64,000 nt of DNA from Candidatus Heimdallarchaeota archaeon (GTDB taxonomy: Archaea > Asgardarchaeota > Heimdallarchaeia > Heimdallarchaeales > Heimdallarchaeaceae), in assembly GCA_030603365.1 (NCBI GenBank), contig JAUVXV010000001.1, forward strand, positions 288,001 to 352,000, in the 5' to 3' direction. A program made the translations under genes and the position numbers. The notes beneath the pieces were generated by a model. That model saw only the letters and a list, made by a program, of their open reading frames with translations, searched no databases and was not told the DNA's origin. This document shows positions 50,625 through 59,582 of this stretch, piece by piece; positions within the stretch are counted from its first letter, which is position 1, and each line of letters starts with the position of its first letter.

Positions 50625-51230
50625 ATGTCTTCAAAAGAAACTAAATTGAGCAAAGAAAAACGAAGAGAACTTCTCAGATTCAATCTGGAAAATATTAGAG
50701 AATATATTGCAATTGCTGATTCAAAAGCAAATATTACCTTATCTTTGTTAAGTTTTATAGTAGGAATAGGGTTGGGGGTTTCATTGATTGCTGATACATT
50801 TGAAAATGGAATATTGTTAACATATACGAATTATTGGTATTTATTCCTAATAATCCCCTTTTACATATTATTGATGGCGTATCTTATTTTATCCATCCTT
50901 GGAATAAATTCTGTAATTGGAGTTTATAGAGCCAGATTAGAATTAAAAGAAGAACAAGAAAAGGAGCAAGAATTAACTGGAGATATCTACTTCAAGCACA
51001 TATCAGATTATCAGTCATCTGATGAATATCATAAAGGAATCATGAACAAAACAGAAGAAAGTTATGAGAAAGATTTAGCAGAACAAGTATATTCTGTTTC
51101 AAATGTGTTAAGTAAAAAAATGGCAAAGGTAAATGAATCTATAAAATATCTAAAAATTTCCTTAATTTTGTTCATTCTTTTACTGCTTTTGAGTGCAGTG
51201 ATTGGAATTTTAATCCAAAATGGAGGATAA
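50625..51230 (+). CDS. pycTM: Pycsar-type transmembrane effector (PycTM/DUF5706-like)
   Basis: YIAIADSKANITL, two TMs, IYFKHIS, DLAEQVYSVSNVLSKKM, terminal TM; coupled to a cyclase. Confidence 0.8.
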   Translation: MSSKETKLSKEKRRELLRFNLENIREYIAIADSKANITLSLLSFIVGIGLGVSLIADTFENGILLTYTNYWYLFLIIPFYILLMAYLILSILGINSVIGVYRARLELKEEQEKEQELTGDIYFKHISDYQSSDEYHKGIMNKTEESYEKDLAEQVYSVSNVLSKKMAKVNESIKYLKISLILFILLLLLSAVIGILIQNGG

Positions 51231-51978
51231 TAAAATGGTCAGTAAATATGAATTAGAAAACCTCACTAGAAAGATAAAAACCTATATTGAGGAAGAATAT
51301 AGAATTAGAGAGTTTTCAGGAATACCAACAGTGAGTAATATTCCATATGGAATTAAAGGACAGAAAGGACAATTATGCGTATTTAGCATAGATCTTCGAC
51401 ATTCTACTAAGATGTTAAAGGAAATCGGAAAAGAAAAATCAGGAAGAATACATAAAGCATTCTTAACCATTGTAGCAAAAGTTGTCAAAAGCTATGGTGG
51501 AAAGATTCGAAGTTATACAGGAGATGGATTATTAGCTTTCTGGAAGGGAGATAGTTCTGATGAAGTTTCTAAATCTGTCAAAGCTGCAATGATTATACGA
51601 TGGTTATTTTCAATAAGTAATAATTCGAATCCTTCGCCAATAAAAAGCTTGATGGATAAAATATATGAAATAGATTTTGGGATAGGAATTGACTGTGGAG
51701 AGGTTTATGTATTTAGATCAGGTATACCTGATTCCCATCATGATTCTGATTTAATCTTTATGGGAGAGTGTGTTAATTTTGCAGTGTTTCTATCTCAAAA
51801 AGCTAAATCAAATAATTATATACAAATCTCTGAAAAAACATATTCCTTATTGAATGATGGATGGAAGTTTAGTACAAAGAATAATACGAAAGAAGATATG
51901 TGGACAGATGGTGAAGTAAAAGGAAAAGATAATATCACTAGAAATATCAAAAAGACTAATTGGTATTCACACATATAA
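51220..51978 (+). CDS. pycC: Class III nucleotide cyclase, Pycsar PycC-like (alternative start ATG 51235)
   Basis: SIDLRHST, GGKIRSYTGDGLL, FGIGIDCG, DLIFMGECVNFA. Confidence 0.82.
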   Translation: MEDNKMVSKYELENLTRKIKTYIEEEYRIREFSGIPTVSNIPYGIKGQKGQLCVFSIDLRHSTKMLKEIGKEKSGRIHKAFLTIVAKVVKSYGGKIRSYTGDGLLAFWKGDSSDEVSKSVKAAMIIRWLFSISNNSNPSPIKSLMDKIYEIDFGIGIDCGEVYVFRSGIPDSHHDSDLIFMGECVNFAVFLSQKAKSNNYIQISEKTYSLLNDGWKFSTKNNTKEDMWTDGEVKGKDNITRNIKKTNWYSHI

Positions 51979-52339
51979 TGAATTAGAAGAATTGGTCTAA
52001 TGCTGATTGCTTTTTGAGAAGTATTGGAGCCAGATTTCTCCTTAAATCTCATCTTTTGGTGAAAGACTGCAAATAAAAGGATAATTACTAGCTCCAATTT
52101 ACTTGCTTGTTAAACATATTTAAGTTTTGCACAATTTCCAAATCGAAAGTGAAATAGTTAATCTAAAAATATCTTCTCATTTTACTTTTTGGGTTTTTAT
52201 ATCGAAACCATATAATAGTAAATGCTACTAACAGTAGCAGAGAAATTGGTGAAAGACTGTTTGTTTAGAGGGAATTAATCTCAAAACATAATTGCTATCG
52301 TTGATGCAAGTTTTTTACCAGTTTATATCAGGTGATATC

Positions 52340-52462
52340 ATGAAAATAAAGAAAGTAGGTAAAATTGAGAACGGAAACAAACTAGATAAGATTTCAATAG
52401 TTCCATGTTGCGGAATGGCTGACTATGAACTAGCAATATGTGCATATCCACGTTTAAACTAG
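52340..52462 (+). CDS. Putative RiPP precursor peptide, 40 aa: MKIKKVGKIENGNKLDKISIVPCCGMADYELAICAYPRLN
   Basis: ggtgat RBS before ATG, Lys-rich leader plus 3-Cys core, T-tract after the stop, 32 bp before the rSAM/SPASM start; below the ORF-track cutoff. Confidence 0.75.
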   Translation: MKIKKVGKIENGNKLDKISIVPCCGMADYELAICAYPRLN

Positions 52463-52494
52463 TTCTCTTTTCTCTTTTTTTTGAGGTTTTAGAG

Positions 52495-53916
52495 ATGAAA
52501 AAAGAAAATAAAAGAAACAAATTGAATAAGTATGTGTATGAAGTCCAGCTATTAGATGAAGAGTGGTTTATATTTAATTTGCTAAATTTCAACTATGTAA
52601 TCTCAGATAAAAGTCTTAAACAAACTGAAATCGCGGAACTTGATTCTGATACAAGGGAGGTTTTGTATGACCTTGGTTTTATATCGGATATTGATGAACA
52701 AACCCTTTGTCAATCAAGAATAAAGGAATGGAAGAATAAAATTAAAAGTGATTACAATCCTTCATTCGAGACATTGGTTTTTAAGATTATGCCTACTCTT
52801 TTGTGTAACTTCAGATGTTCATACTGTTATCAACCAGAACTATATCTTGAGGAAACAAGAAGAAAAACAGAATATATGAGGACAGAGGTACTAGATGCAT
52901 TTTTCGAATATATTGAGAACAATATTATTCAAAAAGAAAAAAGGAAAATTAGATTAGAAATTGTGGGAGGAGAAGTTTTCTTAAAAAATAGAAATGCAAT
53001 CAGATTTGTTGAACATCTTATTGAAAAGACAATCAACTACAATATGGAGCTAATTTTTGTTACAAATGGCTAACATCTTGACCACTTTCTGGAAATTTTA
53101 AAACGAAAAGAAAACATAATGTATAATATTACAATTGATGGAGAGAAAAAAAAACATGACTCTAGAAGATTTTTAGCTGGAGGAAAAGGGAGTTTTGACA
53201 AAATTATTCAAAATATAGACAAAATTCTATCAGAGACAAATCATAAGGTTCGAATAAGATGTAATATTGATGATGATAATATAGAATCAATTCCTTCTCT
53301 TCTGCTATTTTTACAAAACAAAGGATGGTTATCACTTGAGAGAATAGAGATGATTTTTAGAGCAACAACAGAATATTCAACAAATAACGATTACGATTTT
53401 CCTATTGCAAGGAACATTATTTCACCAGAAAATATCGTTAGATTTATAGAAATTCTACGAAAACAAGGAATGAGAGAAGCAAATATTGACGGTACATTAA
53501 TTCCTCCTGTTTTAATAGGATTATTTTGGTCTCGATTATTTGAAGAAGAGATGATAGATGAGAACCGAAGAACTAAAACAATAGATATTCTTTGTAGTGC
53601 AACTCAAGGTTTTTTTGGTTCATTAGAGCTTGATGGAACAATTCGCTCATGTGGATTTGAATTAGCTCAATCTCAAGGAAAAATATTTCCAAGAGAGGAA
53701 GTTATATATGAAAATGTCAAATATTGGAATTCTGTTGAGTTTATTCTTGAGAAATTCCTACACCAACCTTGTCTTGAGTGCAAATTCTTCTTTGTTTGTA
53801 ATAAAAGGCAATGTCCTTACAATCAACTTGATCAATATGATGAGAAGTTAGGATACTGCATTGATGTTGAACAAAGTCTAGATACATTCTTCAGATACTT
53901 TGGAAAATTCCTATGA
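52495..53916 (+). pseudogene. Radical SAM/SPASM peptide maturase with RRE-like N-terminus; single in-frame TAA at 53071-53073
   Basis: CNFRCSYC, GGEV, VTNG*, ITIDG, HDSRR, SPASM Cys (CSAT...RSC...CLEC...VCNKRQCP...YC); both track ORFs are in one frame. Confidence 0.85.
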
Positions 53917-53975
53917 AAAGTTGTTAATTAACTCGTAATATTTAAATTACTGCAGTTCTTTGTTATTTTGATATT

Positions 53976-54575
53976 ATGAAAGAAATTGCTGTTTCCTTGA
54001 ATCTTATAGATTTAGTAAACGATCCCATTAAAATCTCTATCTGGCAAGAAATCTTTAACAACGAAGGAATAACTGCCAAAGAACTGAAAAAAAGGTTGGT
54101 TCTTGAAGGTACAAGCATCTATTACCATTTAAACTATTTAGAAGAGAATAAATTAATTTTATCAGAAACTCATATGATTCCAAACTCAAACTTATCGCAA
54201 AAAACATACAGAATCAATAAAGAATTGTATAGCTTGAATGAAAAAACAAAAAGAAAGGAAATTGCGGATTCCTTTGATAGAGCAAAGGACATTCTTCTTC
54301 TCAAGACACATATGATAATAAGCCATTTTCAGCAACAAGTTCGAATATTATCTAAAACTACTAACGAAGAAATCAAGAAATTAATCGAAAAGGATTCCAT
54401 TTTCATCAATGATATAATCTATGTTCAAGATAAAGATTTACTTGAAATCGTGGATAAGGTTAATGAAGTTAAAAGCATTATGAACAGAATTCGAAAAAGT
54501 ATTCATCCAGAAGAATATTCTAAAAATGCTACTAATATAATAGTGTTTAGTACCCTTCCTCTAAAAGATATTTAA
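53976..54575 (+). CDS. ArsR-like winged-helix transcriptional regulator
   Basis: DPIKISI...TAKELKKRL...SIYYHLNYLEENKLI. Confidence 0.8.
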   Translation: MKEIAVSLNLIDLVNDPIKISIWQEIFNNEGITAKELKKRLVLEGTSIYYHLNYLEENKLILSETHMIPNSNLSQKTYRINKELYSLNEKTKRKEIADSFDRAKDILLLKTHMIISHFQQQVRILSKTTNEEIKKLIEKDSIFINDIIYVQDKDLLEIVDKVNEVKSIMNRIRKSIHPEEYSKNATNIIVFSTLPLKDI

Positions 54576-54919
54576 CTCTGAATTCAGCTTTATCCTAACC
54601 CTCTTTTAAACAAATATTTAATATTCCTTTAAGTCAATAGATTTGAAGTATTTTGATTGTTTTTCTAACTCTTTGCACAAAAAATAAGTTATGTTTATAT
54701 ACCAAAAACATGTCTACAAAGTGAACGTTCCGTTGTTAGACTGAGTAAATGAAACTTTGCTAAACAAAAGGTGAAAGACTGCAAATAAAAGGATGACAAC
54801 TAGTACTCCAATTAGAATGAATTGCAAAACTAACAGAAATTAATCTGTATGACAAAAACTTTCGAAGACACACAGAAAATCAACAAGGAACGTTACAAAA
54901 CTAAAAAAAGGTAAAAATA

Positions 54920-55222
54920 ATGAAAAAAAGTATAAAGATATTATTACCAATATTGGTATTATCACTTATTCTACCAGTTTTGGTGAATGATGTACAACAA
55001 GTATCTGCTGCACCCTACTACGGTTCAGTTGATTTTAGTGGAACTGTTTATTTGAATTGGTCTAATGAAGAAGTAGGTAGCGTGAAAGTATCGTTGAATG
55101 AAGATGGATCGCCAAAAAGGACAGACTATACGGATTCAAATGGTTACTATGAGTTCACTTGGACTGTAGTTCAATACAAATTTTACTCGATCAGCATAGA
55201 AAAAGATGGTTATAAAGGATAA
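54920..55222 (+). pseudogene. Secreted carboxypeptidase-regulatory-like beta-sandwich protein, probably truncated
   Basis: Signal peptide, SGTVY...VKVSL...TDSNGYYEF...YSISIEKDGY; stop falls inside the expected last strand. Confidence 0.55.
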
Positions 55223-55258
55223 AGCATAAAAATCAAGAATATATGGAATAGAATAGAG

Positions 55259-56857
55259 ATGAAAAAAAGATTACAACTTATAAGGAATTTTGGTTATTTT
55301 TGCAGTTTAATATTACTGATTGTTTTTTTTGCAAATTATATGTTTCTATTAAACAGCGAACAAATTTTGGAAAAAGAAACTATATTCCAAACTGATTCAT
55401 TGTATGAAGTTAAACTAACACTGAGTGATCCAATAATCATAATCAATGATCAAGATCTTGAGAGCTTTGGTTTTCAAGGTTCAGGAACTGAAGCAGAACC
55501 TTACCTTATAGAAAATTATCTTATAGATACAGACGATGAATTTGGGATTTTTATTACAAATGTTTCAAAGCATTTCAAAATTCAATATTGTGAGGTTTAT
55601 GCAGGGATATCAGCTATTAGCATAAGTAATTTAACACTAGAAAACATTGAAATTACTAACAATGTTTGTCAAGGTGAGGAATGGTATGGGATTTATATTT
55701 ATTCAACAAATTATGTGGTAATAACCGATAATTGGTGCAGTGGAGGAGCAGCAGGAATTGTTTGTTGGTACTCGAACAGTGAGTTTATTGAGAACAATGA
55801 ATGTTATGACACTGATTTTGGCATAGCTCTTTATGAAACTCATAAGTCCATTATTGGAGATAACTTCTGCTACAATAATAATATTGCAGGAATTCGTATA
55901 ATGTATTCTAGTTATAATAATATCTCAAGAAATACAATTAACATTGCAGGAAAAGGGATTAGTCTTGTAAGTGCTAGTTTTGGGTCAATTCATGAAAATT
56001 TCTGTAATAATACATTTTGGGGGATTTCAGCAGAATATACAAACAGAATATCAATACATGATAATCTATGTATCAGAAGTACTACAGGAATACAATTATG
56101 GCATACAGGAAAAATAAACATTACCCACAATGAATGTTATTCTTGTCACCGAGGAATTTCAGTTGATGATGATTCTGAATCACAGGTTCGAAATAATATC
56201 TGCTATAATAATTCCGAACATGGTATTTATATCAGAACTGGTGAATCAACTCAAGTATCTAATAATTCTCTTTATCTGAACAAATTAACAGGAATTAAGA
56301 ATCTTAGAGGTTCTCCAATTATTGGACTAAACAATTGCAGTATGAACAACATTGGAATACTTATGAGAGATGTTCAATCACTTACACTTTCAAATAATAC
56401 CTGTACATTGAACGTGGATGGAATTGTATTAGAGGAAACAGATTACTCTACTATTTCTTATAATATTCTCCAAGAAAATATAGAATATGGTGTAAAAATC
56501 TGGGATTGGTCAACTTGGAACAAAATACATCACAATTACTTCATCTGCAACAATAGAAATGGTACTGAACATGGTTTTTCTCAAGCTTATGATGAAGGGT
56601 ATAATAACAGATGGTATGAAAGCTCTACAGATGAAGGGAACTATTGGAACGATTATGAAGGGATTGGAGAGTATCAGATTGACGGAAAAGATAACAATAC
56701 CGATCCTTATCCCTTTGAATACTATTTTGAGTGTATAAAAACAGAAACAATAACTGAACCAACAGAAGAATCTTCTTTAAGTCTTCTTACTGTTTTATTA
56801 TCATTCATTGGGACTGCGTCGATTGCTAAAATTCGATATAAAAAAGAAAAGAAATAG
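55259..56857 (+). CDS. Right-handed beta-helix (NosD/PbH1) surface protein with C-terminal anchor
   Basis: GSGTEAEPYLIEN, repeated IxxNxCxxxxxGI, GNYWNDY, DPYP, TM plus basic tail. Confidence 0.9.
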   Translation: MKKRLQLIRNFGYFCSLILLIVFFANYMFLLNSEQILEKETIFQTDSLYEVKLTLSDPIIIINDQDLESFGFQGSGTEAEPYLIENYLIDTDDEFGIFITNVSKHFKIQYCEVYAGISAISISNLTLENIEITNNVCQGEEWYGIYIYSTNYVVITDNWCSGGAAGIVCWYSNSEFIENNECYDTDFGIALYETHKSIIGDNFCYNNNIAGIRIMYSSYNNISRNTINIAGKGISLVSASFGSIHENFCNNTFWGISAEYTNRISIHDNLCIRSTTGIQLWHTGKINITHNECYSCHRGISVDDDSESQVRNNICYNNSEHGIYIRTGESTQVSNNSLYLNKLTGIKNLRGSPIIGLNNCSMNNIGILMRDVQSLTLSNNTCTLNVDGIVLEETDYSTISYNILQENIEYGVKIWDWSTWNKIHHNYFICNNRNGTEHGFSQAYDEGYNNRWYESSTDEGNYWNDYEGIGEYQIDGKDNNTDPYPFEYYFECIKTETITEPTEESSLSLLTVLLSFIGTASIAKIRYKKEKK

Positions 56858-56999
56858 AATAATAGATTCCCTGTCCTAATTCATTTTTTTTCTTAAAACT
56901 CTAGAGATTTTATTATTGAGTATAAATCGAACTATTAATGAATTACCAAGCTTTAAATAGGAATTTATCAATCTAATATTTGAGCGTTTAATTCACCGA

Positions 57000-58301
57000 A
57001 TGGACATGCTTGGAATGAATATGATAAACAAATCTGAAATGAACAAAACACTTCTCTTCTACAGTATAGGCATTGTTATGTGCAAGAATCTGGTAAAAAC
57101 ATCATTTGCTGAAGATATATTAACGAAATTTTGGATTTGGGTGAATGCCAAGATAATAAGAAGAGTAATGGAAGAGAAGATGAACGAACTTCCACTATTA
57201 AGAAAACTTTACCAAGAGAAAATGATAAAATTCATACAGCAAAGTGATAAACTGTTACTTATATACGCACCCTATTCTTCCTCTAGTTCTATAAGTTATA
57301 TTAAAGCATTTAATGATGATAATTCAATCTCGTTCTTAGATTTATTCAGAACAACCGATGGTAGAGTACTTGATCTAAATGTGCTTCTAGCAAATCACTA
57401 TGTTAAGATACTAACAGATCCTAATCACAAAATAACGAAAGAATTAAGTAGACTTGAACTAGAAGATGGAGGGACAAATGTCGCACAATTGGCTTTATCA
57501 GCAATAAATTTTTTGAAAGAAAAAACGGGGTATACTTCGCTTTACAAGAAAGAAATGTCAATTGAAGGAATAATCAAAGATATGGGTTTAGATCTGAATA
57601 TTAACGAAGCAGTTGAACAAGGATTAATCAAACGAGATTCAGCAATAGCGCAATATAAGACACTCCATTTATCTTCTGAAGGTGATTTATATAAAGTAAC
57701 TGAAGCAATCAAGAATATCTTCTATTTAGACAGTATCTATAAAGGACTATATACAATTGGAGAAATTGCAAAGGATATGATGAAAAGTGGTTCTAATGGT
57801 GGGTTAAGAGAATCAGATTTGATTGAATTATTTAAAAAAGAAATAAATGGACGAATGACATATGCAATGGGAACTTCAACAATAACTGCTTTTGAGATTA
57901 AGGCACCTGCAATAAAAGTGCTAAGCACAACTACACATTATGATGTGGATATAAAAGAAAAAGATCTAAAGAGTCAACAATTAGCGTTACTTACTAGAGA
58001 TGCGGTCGAACAATATCTGGATACAAAAATACTGATGCCAACATGTTACATAGGAGAGGGGAACATAATAGTAGAGAACATAATGGAATCAATAGTAGCA
58101 TTGCAACTAAAGGAAGCAGCAGTAAGTTGGAAGAGAATAAATGATTTCGAGCAAATAGCACAACTAGTAGGAACAGAAAAGGCATATGAACTAGTGTTTG
58201 GAAAGGGATATAATTATAATCCAACAAAACTGAATAAGAAAAACTGGTTCATGAGGTGGATACATCTGATGGCAGGATATAGTTTCGTAGATCCAAAATA
58301 A
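57000..58301 (+). CDS. Hypothetical protein (possibly a C-terminal remnant of a larger element gene)
   Basis: 433-aa open frame with no recognised motif; start uncertain. Confidence 0.6.
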   Translation: MDMLGMNMINKSEMNKTLLFYSIGIVMCKNLVKTSFAEDILTKFWIWVNAKIIRRVMEEKMNELPLLRKLYQEKMIKFIQQSDKLLLIYAPYSSSSSISYIKAFNDDNSISFLDLFRTTDGRVLDLNVLLANHYVKILTDPNHKITKELSRLELEDGGTNVAQLALSAINFLKEKTGYTSLYKKEMSIEGIIKDMGLDLNINEAVEQGLIKRDSAIAQYKTLHLSSEGDLYKVTEAIKNIFYLDSIYKGLYTIGEIAKDMMKSGSNGGLRESDLIELFKKEINGRMTYAMGTSTITAFEIKAPAIKVLSTTTHYDVDIKEKDLKSQQLALLTRDAVEQYLDTKILMPTCYIGEGNIIVENIMESIVALQLKEAAVSWKRINDFEQIAQLVGTEKAYELVFGKGYNYNPTKLNKKNWFMRWIHLMAGYSFVDPK

Positions 58302-58358
58302 AGAAAAAAGGTAGATTAAAATACCTCTTTTCACATTTATTATTTTAAGGGGATAAGA

Positions 58359-58808
58359 GTGAGAAAAGTAAGAGGGAAAAGAAGTACAGGAGAAGAATAC
58401 ATACAAGAAATTAAAGATACAACAACGCTTGTGAACATGAGTAAATTAGGATTAGTGGAAGTAGATTTAAGAGAACTTGAGGGATTGAAAGAATTATTAT
58501 ATGTTTATCTATGGGAAAATGAATTGGAGGAAGTAGATTTAGAACCATTAAGAAAATGCAAGAAATTGAAAGGGATATATTTACATGGAAATAAAATAAG
58601 AGAGATAGATTTAACTCCGCTGGAGGAGTGTAAAGAGCTGAGGGAAATTGGACTGTCATCAAATAAAATAAGAAAAATAGATTTGAGACCATTAAAGAAA
58701 TGTGAGAAATTGGAGAGCTTGACGCTGTTTTGGAATCCAATAGAAGAGCTGGAGAGAGAAAGTAGGGATATAATGAAAAAATACTACGAAATAATAAAAA
58801 AAGAATGA
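58359..58808 (+). CDS. Small leucine-rich repeat protein of the element
   Basis: VDLxPLxxCxxLxxIxLxxNxI repeats; GTG start. Confidence 0.88.
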   Translation: MRKVRGKRSTGEEYIQEIKDTTTLVNMSKLGLVEVDLRELEGLKELLYVYLWENELEEVDLEPLRKCKKLKGIYLHGNKIREIDLTPLEECKELREIGLSSNKIRKIDLRPLKKCEKLESLTLFWNPIEELERESRDIMKKYYEIIKKE

Positions 58809-58917
58809 AAAAGGGCACAGAGCCCGGCTCCACTCCAAGAATAATGGGCCGAAGGACCCAGAAGAAAGAAATTAAACAGATTGTGAAACTTCAACAGGTT
58901 GCTCTACTAAGAACTCG
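58511..58917. repeat. 407-bp direct repeat, right copy
   Basis: Matches 48831-49237. Confidence 0.95.
58808..58860 (-). terminator. Two GC hairpins plus T-run between the convergent wHTH and LRR genes
   Basis: gggc-acaga-gccc and gggcc-gaag-gaccc; conserved at 49128-49180. Confidence 0.55.
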
Positions 58918-59144
58918 AAATTTTCCCTAATACTTGGGTCGAGATAGTAGAAGACCGAACGCATATCTGACAAATTGGACATTTTTTTGAGGATGCCTTT
59001 CTCTAATAATCTTCTTATACCATACCTTACTGTTCTTTCAGGTTGTTCTACTGAACCGAGGATTTGCTTCTGAGTCATAGGACCATTTATGTCTAAGACC
59101 TTAATTATGTCTTCTCCACCACGTGGCAATTTTCGTCTTTTCAT
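58872..59144 (-). CDS. Small archaeal winged-helix (MarR/ArsR-like) regulator; apparent integration target
   Basis: GPMTQKQI...ERTVRYGIRRLLEKG...SDMRSVFY; aggtg RBS before ATG 59144. Confidence 0.85.
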   Translation of the reverse strand: MKRRKLPRGGEDIIKVLDINGPMTQKQILGSVEQPERTVRYGIRRLLEKGILKKMSNLSDMRSVFYYLDPSIRENFEFLVEQPVEVSQSV

Positions 59145-59582
59145 TTTTTTACACCTTGATTTTTTAAATCCCTTCAATCAATTTTCATTGACTGTCATGC
59201 TCTTTTGAGCCTTTTTTTGTTGGTGATATCCTCTCCTACCATCTGTCCTTATAAACTTTTGGGAGGTTCAAATACCGCTACTCTACCGTAATTCGGATGA
59301 TTCTATATGTATTATTCATACATATCTCATTATTTCATTTCTTTATGAAATGTTCCGACTCAAAGGTTCTAGTACTAATACTTGTCCTTTTTCACTTATA
59401 TACATTTCTCAAAACAAGGCAAAAAATGAAAATCTTCAACCTATTATTTGTTTTTTTTGCATTTTCAAGTCAATTTGCGAGTTACTACTACTCAATTTTC
59501 ACGTGTAACTCATTCTTTTTTCTTGAGGAAACTAATTCGGTTAATTAGTTAAATTTAAAACCGTTTCATTCTTCTTTATTTT

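Larger units (their letters stand above)
52058..54813. repeat. 25-bp perfect direct repeat ggtgaaagactgcaaataaaaggat (52058-52082, 54770-54794), imperfectly extending to ctccaatt; partial third copy 52247-52259
   Basis: Read directly; brackets the peptide-rSAM-wHTH module. Confidence 0.85.
49192..58917. mobile_element. Putative ~9.7-kb integrated element/genomic island bounded by a duplicated 46-bp 3' end of the wHTH gene (att-like)
   Basis: 46-bp repeat 49192-49237 / 58872-58917, purine-skewed end genes, defence and RiPP cargo, several nonsense lesions; no integrase recognised. Confidence 0.7.

Noticed and set aside
52438-52494. Track start of the rSAM gene at 52438
   Set aside because: Overlaps the peptide ORF and the T-tract; ATG 52495 has its own gagg RBS.
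49954-55222. Stop-codon reassignment or selenocysteine in the element
   Set aside because: The interrupting stops are of different kinds (TGA, TAA), TGA terminates neighbouring genes normally, and TGG is used for Trp.
48831-58917. Diversity-generating retroelement (TR/VR pair) explanation for the 407-bp repeat
   Set aside because: Mismatches are not adenine-specific (many T/C and third-position changes in both directions), and no reverse transcriptase is present.
59261-59300. tRNA fragment (ggttcaaat T-loop-like)
   Set aside because: The flanks do not form a T-stem or cloverleaf.
59297-59548. 83-aa Phe-rich ORF
   Set aside because: Lies in a T-rich divergent promoter region with no RBS or recognisable features; probably spurious.
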